Source: an uncultured Actinomycetes bacterium
GTDB lineage: Bacteria; Actinomycetota; Acidimicrobiia; Acidimicrobiales; CAVRDY01
DNA: 64,000 bases
Assembly (NCBI GenBank): GCA_963719935.1
Contig: CAVRDY010000008.1
Coordinates: 74,118 to 138,117, forward strand
Direction: 5' to 3'
Of this stretch, positions 31,508 through 40,308 are shown piece by piece. A program made the translations under genes and the position numbers. How positions within the stretch are numbered: position 1 is the stretch's first letter; each line of letters begins with the position of its first letter. The notes under the pieces were generated by a model that was not told where the DNA came from, did not search any database, and was given only the letters and a program-made list of their open reading frames with translations.

Positions 31508-33157
31508 TCACGCGTCGGGTTCGGGATCGGAAGTGAACAAACGGTCCGCCACTGACGACGACTCCGGTTCGGGATCGGAAGTGAACAAACGGTCCGCCAC
31601 CGACGACGACTCCGGTTCGGGATCGGAAGTGAACAAGCGGTCCGCAACCGACGACGACTCCGGTTCGGGATCGGAAGTGAACAAGCGGTCCGCAACCGAC
31701 GACGACTCCGGTTCGGGATCGGAAGTGAACAAGCGGTCCGCAACGGCGGCCTCCTGCCCACCCGTGGTCTCGACAGGTGGGCCCGCCGGGAGCTGTGCCT
31801 CGCGAGCGGCTATCTCACCCGAGAACTCTTCACGCTCGAAGACGTCCCCGCTCAGCTTGATGCCCAGGTCGGCAAGCTTCTCGGCGAACTTGGGCCGAAC
31901 CCCGGTGGCCTTCAGTCGGCCCCGGTGCTTACCCTGGTCGTCGGTGCCCATCCCGAAGTCGAAGAGGAAGACGTCCTGGGTGGTTATCTCGTCGCCCTCC
32001 ATCGACTGGACCTCGGTGATGTGGGTGATCCGGCGGCTTCCGTCCCGTAGCCGGTTCATGTGGACCACAAGGTCCAGTGCCGAGGCGAGCTGCTCTCGGA
32101 TGGCCCGCACCGGCAGGTCGTAGCCGGCCATGAGCACGAGCGTCTCGAGCCGGGCCAGAGCGTCGCGAGGGGCGTTGGCGTGGAGCGTCGTCAGTGAACC
32201 GTCATGGCCGGTGTTCATGGCCTGGAGCATGTCGAGTGCCTCCGAACCACGGCACTCGCCGACCACGATGCGATCCGGGCGCATCCGGAGCGTGTTCTTG
32301 ACCAGCATGCGGATGGTGATCTCACCCTGGTTCTCGACATTGGGTGGCCGGGACTCGAGGCACAGCACATGGTCCTGGTGAAGCTGTAGCTCCTTGGCAT
32401 CCTCGACGGTGATGATCCGCTCTACCGGCGGGATGAAGCTGGACAACACGTTGAGAGTGGTCGTCTTGCCCGAAGAGGAGCCCCCCGAGACCGCGATGTT
32501 CAACCGGCCCACCACGCAGGCCTGGAGGAACCGTGCCGCCTTGGCGTTGACCGTGTCGAAACGGATGAGGTCGTCGACGGTGAGGCGCTCCTCGGCGAAC
32601 TTGCGGATCGTCAAGAACGGCCCATCGAGTGCCACCGGGTGGATCACCGCGTTGACGCGCGACCCGTCGGGAAGCCGGGCGTCGCACAACGGGCTGGACT
32701 CGTCGATACGCCGGCCGATCTCACCCACGATCTTGTCGATGATGCGCCGCAGGTGGGTCTCATCGACGAAGGTGACGTCGGTCTTCTCCAGCTTGGAACC
32801 CCGCTCGACGTACACCGAGTCGGGTCCGTTCACCAGGATGTCGGTCACGGCGGGATCGCGGAGGAAGGTGTCGATGGGCCCGTAGCCCATGATGTCGTCG
32901 GTGATCTCGTCGATCATCCGGGACCGGTCCGAAGCCGACAGGGGCACCGACGAGCGGGCGATGACCATCTGGAGGGTGTCCCGCACCCGGCGGCGCAGCT
33001 CATCGGGCTCGATGGTGCGGTCGAAGAGGATGGGGCCCAGTTCGTCGATCAGCTGACCGTGAACCGTGGCCCGCAGCTCGGCCACGGGCTCGGACAGCTT
33101 GCTCAGGCCCTTCTCGGGTGCAGCCTTGGCACCTTGCAGGCGCTGGTAGAGCGACAC
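31508..33157 (-). CDS. cpaF: CpaF/TadA-family pilus assembly ATPase with repeat tail
   Basis: GGSSSGKTT Walker A, TVEDAKEL, LRMRPDRIVVGECRG and AMNTGHDGS. Confidence 0.9.
   Translation of the reverse strand: MSLYQRLQGAKAAPEKGLSKLSEPVAELRATVHGQLIDELGPILFDRTIEPDELRRRVRDTLQMVIARSSVPLSASDRSRMIDEITDDIMGYGPIDTFLRDPAVTDILVNGPDSVYVERGSKLEKTDVTFVDETHLRRIIDKIVGEIGRRIDESSPLCDARLPDGSRVNAVIHPVALDGPFLTIRKFAEERLTVDDLIRFDTVNAKAARFLQACVVGRLNIAVSGGSSSGKTTTLNVLSSFIPPVERIITVEDAKELQLHQDHVLCLESRPPNVENQGEITIRMLVKNTLRMRPDRIVVGECRGSEALDMLQAMNTGHDGSLTTLHANAPRDALARLETLVLMAGYDLPVRAIREQLASALDLVVHMNRLRDGSRRITHITEVQSMEGDEITTQDVFLFDFGMGTDDQGKHRGRLKATGVRPKFAEKLADLGIKLSGDVFEREEFSGEIAAREAQLPAGPPVETTGGQEAAVADRLFTSDPEPESSSVADRLFTSDPEPESSSVADRLFTSDPEPESSSVADRLFTSDPEPESSSVADRLFTSDPEPDA
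31518..31744. repeat. 48-bp tandem repeat, about 4.7 copies
   Basis: Unit GGTTCGGGATCGGAAGTGAACAARCGGTCCGCMACYGACGACGACTCC starting at 31518, 31566, 31614, 31662 and 31710. Confidence 0.95.
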
Positions 33158-33372
33158 CGGTAACCGCCCCCGTCCTGGACTCGTCTCGGCATTGGCCTCT
33201 GCGGAGCCCCACAATAGGCGTAGCCGGACCGATTCCGCACCGCCACCAGATCGGATCGACGGGCTCAGCTCGCCTGAGTGGCCGGGCCGGCCACGGCGCA
33301 GATCATCTGGCTCCAGGGCATGGGCAGTGCCGCCGCTTGTGGTGGGCCCGGCGGTCGGGGCATGGTGGCAGG

Positions 33373-34308
33373 ATGAGCGACGCCTACGAGCGGATCGACG
33401 TGGAACTGGCCGGCCACGGTGGCACCCCCCTGCGGGGCTGGCTGTACCGACCCCCCGGGGGGGAAGCCCGCCCGGGGGTGGTCATGGCCCACGGCTTCTC
33501 GGCGGTCAAGGAGATGCGCCTCGACCGTTTCGCCGAGGTGTTCGCCGCGGCCGGCCTGGTGGTATTGGTCTACGACCACGCCAACTTCGGTGCATCGGGG
33601 GGCGAGCCCCGCCAAGAGATCAACCCGTGGGCCCAGGCCCGCGACTACCGCGAGGCCCTCGGCTGGCTGGCCGCGCGGCCCGAGGTCGACCAGGACCGGC
33701 TGGGGATCTGGGGGTCGAGCTTCAGTGGGGGCGAGGCGCTGGTTGTGGCGGCCTGCGACGATCGGGTGCGGGCGGTGGTGGCCAACGTTCCCTTCGCAGG
33801 CCTTCCCGGAGTGGCATACGACGATCCTGCCGACTGCGACGCCCGCTTCGAGCGTCTCCGCGCCGCGCTCACCGACGTCAGCGGCGCAGGTCCGGCTGAC
33901 CGCCGTGACCTGCCCATGGGACCCATGGCAGTGGTGGTCGAACCGGGCGACGACCGGCCGGCCTTCCTCCCCCAACCCGAGTCCGCCCAGTACTTCCTGC
34001 CCTTCGCTGCGGGTGGGGACGAGCCCACGGCGTGGCGCAACGACGTCACGGTGGTGTCGCTGCTCTCGGACCCGCCGTGGGATCCCGGGGTGTGCGCGAC
34101 CCACATCAGCCCCGCCGCGCTCTTGATGGTGGTGGCATCACAAGACAACCTGGCCGACACCGCGGTGGCCCTGGCCACATTCGACCGGGCGGCCGAGCCC
34201 AAGCGCCTCGAGGTGCTGGAGGGTCACCACTTCGTGGCCTACGAGGGCGAGGCTTTCGAACAGGCCTGCCGAGCCGCTACCGAGCACTTCCTCCAGTACC
34301 TGGCCTGA
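33373..34308 (+). CDS. Alpha/beta hydrolase (peptidase S15/AXE-like)
   Basis: VVMAHGFSAVKE, FGASGGEPRQE, WGSSFSGG and GHHF. Confidence 0.85.
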   Translation: MSDAYERIDVELAGHGGTPLRGWLYRPPGGEARPGVVMAHGFSAVKEMRLDRFAEVFAAAGLVVLVYDHANFGASGGEPRQEINPWAQARDYREALGWLAARPEVDQDRLGIWGSSFSGGEALVVAACDDRVRAVVANVPFAGLPGVAYDDPADCDARFERLRAALTDVSGAGPADRRDLPMGPMAVVVEPGDDRPAFLPQPESAQYFLPFAAGGDEPTAWRNDVTVVSLLSDPPWDPGVCATHISPAALLMVVASQDNLADTAVALATFDRAAEPKRLEVLEGHHFVAYEGEAFEQACRAATEHFLQYLA

Positions 34309-34361
34309 ACCACCGGGACACTCAGGCCGCCTACATCACCGGTACATGGTGGCTGGCCAGG

Positions 34362-35291
34362 TTAGTACCACGGGATCGACGACCAGTCCGGGGCCCGCTT
34401 CTCCAGGAATGCGTCACGCCCTTCGGATGCCTCGTCGGTCATGTAGGCCAGGCGGGTGGCCTCACCGGCGAACACCTGTTGGCCGACCAGGCCGTCGTCG
34501 ATCAGGTTGAACGAGAACTTGAGCATGCGTTGGGCGGTGGGGCTCTTGGCACAGACCTCCTCCGCCCACTCCAGTGCCGTCCGTTCCAGGTCCGGGTGGT
34601 CCACCACGGCGTTCACCATGCCCATACGGGCGGCATCCTCGGCGCGGTACTCGCGGCCGAGGAAGAAGATCTCCCGGGCGAACTTCTGACCGACCTGGCG
34701 GGCCAGGTAGGCCGAGCCGAAGCCACCGTCGAAGCTGGCCACATCCGCGTCGGTCTGCTTGAAGCGGGCGTGCTGGCGGCTGGCCAGGGTCAGGTCGCAC
34801 ACCACGTGCAGGCTGTGCCCACCGCCCGCCGCCCAGCCCGGAACCACGCAGATCACCACCTTGCCCATGAACCGGATGAGCCGCTGCACCTCGAGGATGT
34901 GCAGCCTGCCCGCCCGGGCCGGATCGATGGTCTCGGCCGTCTCGCCTCCGGCGTAGCGGTAGCCATCGCGGCCCCGGATTCGCTGGTCGCCTCCCGAGCA
35001 GAAGGCCCAGCCGCCGTCCTTGGGTGAGGGGCCGTTCCCGGTGAGCAGTACGCAGCCCACGTCGCCGCTGAGGCGGGCGTGGTCGAGGGCCTGGTAGAGC
35101 TCGTCCACGGTGTGGGGCCGGAAGGCGTTGCGCACCTCGGGGCGGTCGAATGCCACCCGGACGATGCGTCCATGATCTGTCTGGTGGTAGGTGATGTCGG
35201 TGAAGTCGAAGCCCTCTACTGGCTCCCACCGCTCGGGCTCGAACAGCGCCGACACCGGCGGAGCCGGATCGGGGCCGGCGGGATCGCTCAC
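34362..35291 (-). CDS. menB: 1,4-dihydroxy-2-naphthoyl-CoA synthase
   Basis: RPEVRNAFRPHTVDEL, FCSGGDQRIRG, GWAAGGGHSL and SFDGGFGS. Confidence 0.95.
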   Translation of the reverse strand: MSDPAGPDPAPPVSALFEPERWEPVEGFDFTDITYHQTDHGRIVRVAFDRPEVRNAFRPHTVDELYQALDHARLSGDVGCVLLTGNGPSPKDGGWAFCSGGDQRIRGRDGYRYAGGETAETIDPARAGRLHILEVQRLIRFMGKVVICVVPGWAAGGGHSLHVVCDLTLASRQHARFKQTDADVASFDGGFGSAYLARQVGQKFAREIFFLGREYRAEDAARMGMVNAVVDHPDLERTALEWAEEVCAKSPTAQRMLKFSFNLIDDGLVGQQVFAGEATRLAYMTDEASEGRDAFLEKRAPDWSSIPWY

Positions 35292-36268
35292 GGAGCCGAG
35301 CCTCCTGCGAAGGCGGGCAGGACCGTGGCGGCGAAGTGCTCCAAACCGTCGAGGTCGAAGGGGCTGCGCAACGCCAGGATGACCCAGGCGGCACCGGCCT
35401 CGACGTAGCGGCCGACCCGGTCGACCAACTCGTCGCCCTGTCCGGTGAGCACACCAGGACGGACGAACTCGGCGATGGCGCCGAACTGGGCCCGCAGGTC
35501 CGCTTCGTCGGCCGCCAGACCGACGTTGACAGTGCGGGTGACCTCGCCCCGGTCACGTCCGGCGTCGGCGCAGTGCCCGTCGAGCACCGCCGACTTGCGG
35601 GCCCACTCCTCTGGGGCCACGAAGGGCAGATTCCAGCCGTCGGCGTGCTGCGCCGCCAGTTTCAGGGTGACCCGCTCGCCACCCCCTCCAACCCAGATGG
35701 GCAGGTGTGCCTGGACCGGTTTGGGTTCGCAGCGCGCACCGGAAAGAGTGAAGAACTCACCGTCGAAGTCGGTGGTGTCCTGGGTGAGCAGCCCCCGGAC
35801 GCACTGGATCGCCTCTCCGAGCATGCGCAGCCGCCGGCCCGCGGTGCCGAAGGGGATGCCGTAGTCGTCGTACTCCTGCTGGAGCCACCCGCCGCCCAGG
35901 CCCAGGGTGACCCGGCCGGCCGAGAGCAGGTCGATGGTGGCCATGGCGTTCGCCAACACGGCGGGATGGCGGTAGCCCGCCGAGTACACCAGGCTGCCGC
36001 AACGGACGCGCTCTGTGGTGGCTGCGAGCGCGGCGTGGCTGGCCACCGCCTCCAGGCAGTCGGGGTCACCGGTGCCATCCGCCGCGTAGAAGTGGTCCCA
36101 GATCGAGATCCACTCGAAGCCCAGCGCCTCGATGCGCGCCCAGAGCTCCTTGAGCTCGGCGGGAGTGGTGCGCTGCAGTCCCGTGTGCACTCCGAAGCGG
36201 ACCGTCGCCGGGCCCACCTGGGACCCGGTGGTGTCGCCGGTCATGGGGCCAGTGGTGTCGCCGGTCAT
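35288..36268 (-). CDS. LLM-class (probably F420-dependent) oxidoreductase
   Basis: WDHFY, YRHPAVLA, GRVTLGLGGGW, PKPVQ...IWVGGGGE and ADGWN. Confidence 0.9.
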   Translation of the reverse strand: MTGDTTGPMTGDTTGSQVGPATVRFGVHTGLQRTTPAELKELWARIEALGFEWISIWDHFYAADGTGDPDCLEAVASHAALAATTERVRCGSLVYSAGYRHPAVLANAMATIDLLSAGRVTLGLGGGWLQQEYDDYGIPFGTAGRRLRMLGEAIQCVRGLLTQDTTDFDGEFFTLSGARCEPKPVQAHLPIWVGGGGERVTLKLAAQHADGWNLPFVAPEEWARKSAVLDGHCADAGRDRGEVTRTVNVGLAADEADLRAQFGAIAEFVRPGVLTGQGDELVDRVGRYVEAGAAWVILALRSPFDLDGLEHFAATVLPAFAGGSAP

Positions 36269-36288
36269 GATCGACAGTCTGGCCCGGA

Positions 36289-38553
36289 TCAGAGGCGGGC
36301 GGCGAAGGCGTCGGGGGGTTCGGGCACCGACAGCAGGAACCCCTGGGCCCGGGTGCAACCCAGGTCGAGCAGTGCCTGACGTTGCTCGGGGCGCTCGACC
36401 CCCTCGCCGGTCACCGTGAAGTCCATCGTCTCGGCCAGCGACACCACGGTGCGGACGATCGCCTGGTCGGTGGCGTCCTCGGGCAGTCCGGCGACGAAGG
36501 CCCGGTCGATCTTGAGCGAGGTGACCGGCAGGTGCTTGAGGTAGGCCAGCGATGAGTAGCCGGTCCCGAAGTCGTCGATGGCCAGGCCCACGCCCAGGGA
36601 GCGCAACCCGTGGAGCACCGCCACCGACCTTGCGGGGTCGCGCAACAGGGCGCTCTCGGTGAGCTCCAGGCACAACCGGTGAGATTCCAGGCCTCCGGCC
36701 TCCAGGGCCGATCTGACAACGGCCACCAGGTCACCGGCCAGCAGCTGGCGAGGGGCGAGGTTGACCCGCAGGATGAGGTGCGCCGGCCAGCCGGCAGCCA
36801 GACGGCAGGCGCTCCGCAGCACCGACGTACCCAGCTCGACGATAACCCCGCACTCCTCGGCCACCGGAATGAACTCGCTGGCGGCCAGCAACCCGGCGCG
36901 GGGGTGGGGCCAGCGGGCCAGCGCCTCAGCCCCGACCAGCGTGCCGGTCCCCAAGTCCCACTCCCCTTGGAAGTACACCTCCAGCTCGCCGGCGGCCACG
37001 CTGGCACGCAACTCGACCTCGCGCTCGAAGCGTGCGGTGACCTGCTCGTGCAGGGCTTCGCTCTCCACCGCCACCCGGCCCGCACCCAGCACGCGGGCGT
37101 CCTGCATCACCAGGTCGGCCCGCCGGAGCAGCTCGGGTCCCTCCACGTCGGGGTCGTCCACCACCACCACCCCTGCACTGACGTCCAGGCGCACGGGGCG
37201 GCCGTCCAGGTCGAAGGGCGGGGTCAGGGCGTCGACGACCACCTCGGTGAGCGACGCCGCCTCGGCCGTCGCGTCCACCGCGGGGTGCAGCACCAGGAAC
37301 TCGTCGGCGTGCAGGCGGGCCACCAGCGTCCCCCCCGGCGCGGCCCGTCGCATCCGGTCGGCGGCGGCCACCAGCAACTGGTCACCGGCGTCGTGCCCGT
37401 AGGCATCGTTGAGCAGGGTGAAGCGGTCGAAATCCACGAGAGCCACCGCGAACGCGCCGACACGGCCGTCCTTCAGGGCCCGCTGGGCCACCGCCACCTC
37501 GTCCAGGAAGGCCCAGCGGTTGGCCAACCCGGTGAGCACGTCGGTGTGGGCCCGGCGCGCCAGCTCGACCTCGGCCTCGTGGCGAACCAGGGCCGCCGCC
37601 AGGATGGCCGCCGACGAGCGCAGCGTGGCCAGCGCGCTGGCGTCGAAAGCCAACTCGCTGAGGGTCACCTCGACCATCACGAATCCGAGGAAGTGTCCGG
37701 TGTCGGTCATGGGTACGGCGACCAGCGAGCGGACCCCGGCCTCGGTCAACTCGGACCGCTCGACCGCCCAGTCTTGGGGGAGGTGCTGCACGGAGCGGAT
37801 GTGCACCTCCTCACCGACCTCGAGGCGGCGAAGCACGCGGTTGGCGTTGCGGGGGGCGCGTTCGGGCAGCGCCCGGGTAGGCGCGTTGGCCCGGGCCGCC
37901 CACACCGACCGGCAGACCACCTCCTCGGTGTCCACCACCCACACCGACGCCCGGGTCACCCACTCCAGACCGGCCAGCTCGGCCATGGCCTCGTCGAGGC
38001 CGGCGCCGAAGTCGTCGATGCCGTGACGTAGGAAGGTGGAGGCCAGCCTGACCAGGCGGTCCTCGTTGAGCACCCGTTGGAGCAGATCACGGCGGGTGGG
38101 GTCGTGGTCGGCGGCGGGGCGCAGGGTGAGCACGATCCCGCCCAGAGGGAGGGCTCCGTCGCCCACCACCACCTCGTAGTGCATGGAAAGCCACTGGCCG
38201 TCAGCGGTGGCGATCTCGTGACCCTGGCCCCGGGGCGTGCCCGATCGGCCCTCCCATCGCAACAAGCTCTCCGCCGCCTCGTCCTGCTCGTCGGGATGCA
38301 CGAACTCCACGAGGTTGCGACCCAGGACCTGGTCGGGGTGGTGACCCAGCACCAGGCGGGTGGCGGCGTTGGCGAAGGTGATCGTGCCTTCTGGGGTGCA
38401 GCACAGCACCACCTCGTCGAGGTGGTCCATCAGGGCGTGCAGGAGATCTCCGTCGAGGGGAGGCGACTCCTGAGACGGCGACTCGACAGGAGGCGACACT
38501 TGAGGAGACGCCACGGTGGGGCTCGGGGTGCCCGCAGCTCCACCTTCGGACAT
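36289..38553 (-). CDS. PAS-GAF-GGDEF-EAL c-di-GMP protein (degenerate cyclase motif)
   Basis: PAS (FVHPDE), HADEF at the GGDEF position, AEALARW, IDDFGTGYSSL and EGVE. Confidence 0.9.
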   Translation of the reverse strand: MSEGGAAGTPSPTVASPQVSPPVESPSQESPPLDGDLLHALMDHLDEVVLCCTPEGTITFANAATRLVLGHHPDQVLGRNLVEFVHPDEQDEAAESLLRWEGRSGTPRGQGHEIATADGQWLSMHYEVVVGDGALPLGGIVLTLRPAADHDPTRRDLLQRVLNEDRLVRLASTFLRHGIDDFGAGLDEAMAELAGLEWVTRASVWVVDTEEVVCRSVWAARANAPTRALPERAPRNANRVLRRLEVGEEVHIRSVQHLPQDWAVERSELTEAGVRSLVAVPMTDTGHFLGFVMVEVTLSELAFDASALATLRSSAAILAAALVRHEAEVELARRAHTDVLTGLANRWAFLDEVAVAQRALKDGRVGAFAVALVDFDRFTLLNDAYGHDAGDQLLVAAADRMRRAAPGGTLVARLHADEFLVLHPAVDATAEAASLTEVVVDALTPPFDLDGRPVRLDVSAGVVVVDDPDVEGPELLRRADLVMQDARVLGAGRVAVESEALHEQVTARFEREVELRASVAAGELEVYFQGEWDLGTGTLVGAEALARWPHPRAGLLAASEFIPVAEECGVIVELGTSVLRSACRLAAGWPAHLILRVNLAPRQLLAGDLVAVVRSALEAGGLESHRLCLELTESALLRDPARSVAVLHGLRSLGVGLAIDDFGTGYSSLAYLKHLPVTSLKIDRAFVAGLPEDATDQAIVRTVVSLAETMDFTVTGEGVERPEQRQALLDLGCTRAQGFLLSVPEPPDAFAARL

Positions 38554-38701
38554 ATCTCTCCCTTCGCCTCGGGAGCCATGGTAGGACTCGGCACGACCGG
38601 CTGCTCGGTGAACCAGGCCGCCGATCCACACCCATGCCCACCTCGGGGCAGGAGGGCCCTGTTGGCGGTAACCTCCACGACTCGGCCCCGAGGAGGACAT
38701 C

Positions 38702-40264
38702 GTGATCCACACCAGCCCGCTCGACGACGTCGAGCTGCCCGACCACCGCGCTCGACGCCGTACGTGCTGCGCCACGCCGCCGCCCGGGCCGACGAGCCCG
38801 CTCTGATCGACGGCCCCTCGGGCGGACGCTGACCTACGGCAGAGCTGATGGGCGGCGTGCAGGCCTTCGCCGGCGGCCTGGTGGCCCGGGGCTTCGCGCC
38901 AGGGCGACGTGCTGGCGGTCATGGCGCCCAACGTGCCCGAGTACGCCGTCGCTCTTCCACGGCACGGCCTGGGCGGGTGGCACGGTCACCACGGTCAACC
39001 CCACCTACACCGCCGAGGAGGTGCACCACCAGCTCAACGACTCCGGGGCCACGACTGCTGGTCACGGTCTCGATGTTCCTGGAGATCGCCCGAGAGGGAG
39101 CCGAGGGCACCGCAGGTCGAGCGAGATCTTCACCCTCGATCCCTCCGACGCCCCCTCGGCCTTGTCGACTGGTTGGGCGAGCCCTTGGCCGAGCAGGTGC
39201 CGGTCGATCCCGATCGACGTCGTCGCCCTCCCCTACTCGAGCGGCACGACCGGGCTGTCGAAGGGCGTCATGCTCACCCACGCACAACCTGGTGGCCAAC
39301 CTCGCCCAGTGCGAACCCGTGCTGCCCATCGGCGAGGGCGAGGCCGTGCTCGTCGGTGCTGCCCTTCTTCCACATCTACGGCATGCAGGTGCTGATGAAC
39401 GGCACGCTGGTCGCCGGTGGCGTGGTGGTGACCATGCCCCGCTTCGACCTCGAGCAGTTCCTCGACCCTTGCCCAGGAGCACAAGGCGTCAAGCAGGCCT
39501 TCGTGGTTCCGCCCATCGTCCTGGCGCTGGCCAAGCACCCGTTGGTCGACAACTACGACCTGTCCGGCGCTGAAGCAGGTCTTCTCCGGTGCGGCGCCGC
39601 TGGGAGCCGAGTCTGGCGCGTCGAGGCCGGCACCGGCTCGGACTGCGAGGTCGTCCAGGGCTACGGCATGACCGAGACGTCACCCGGTCACCCACGCCAC
39701 CCCCCAGGGGATGGGCCGCGCCCGGCACCATCGGTGTGCTCGTGCCCAACACCGAGTGCCGCGTCGTCGACCCCGACACCGGCGACGGACCTGGGTGTCG
39801 GCGGCGACGGCGAGATCTGGGTCCGCGGGCCGCAGGTCATGACGGGCTACCTCAACAACGACGGACGCCACCGCCGCCACCATCGACACCGACGGCTGGC
39901 TCCACACCGGCGACATCGGCCACGTCGACGACGACGGCCACTTCACGATCGTCGACCGCCTCAAGGAGCTCATCAAGTACAAGGGCTTCCAGGTGCCACC
40001 CGCCGAGCTGGAGGCACTGCTGCTCACCCACCCCGCCGTCGCCGACGTGGCGGTGATCGGCGTGCCCGACGAAGAGGCCGGCGAGATGCCCAAGGCGTTC
40101 GTGGTCCTCAAGCCCGGCGCCGAGGCTACCGACCAGCCGACATCCAGGAGTTCGTCGCCGGCGAGGTCGCCCACTACAAGCAGGTGCGCATCGTCGAGTT
40201 CGTCGACGAGATCCCCAAGTCGGCGTCGGGCAAGATCCTGCGCCGCCTGCTCCGCGACCGCTGA
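38702..40264 (+). CDS. 4-coumarate--CoA ligase-like AMP-binding enzyme (many frameshifts)
   Basis: [34 protein letters not shown] and [11 protein letters not shown]. Confidence 0.85.
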
Positions 40265-40308
40265 ACACCCCGACACGGGCGCCGAACCTGCCGTCCTAGG
40301 GTGGGGTG

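Noticed and set aside
31518..31744. Possible CRISPR array
   Set aside because: Units are contiguous with no unique spacers, stay in frame inside cpaF, and no cas genes are present.
36227..36268. 24-bp-period duplication giving two MTGDTTG starts in the LLM gene; also the 21-bp duplication at 20294-20335 and PTTSP repeats at 56339-56395
   Set aside because: Small in-frame slippage duplications in terminal or linker regions with no evident system-level meaning.
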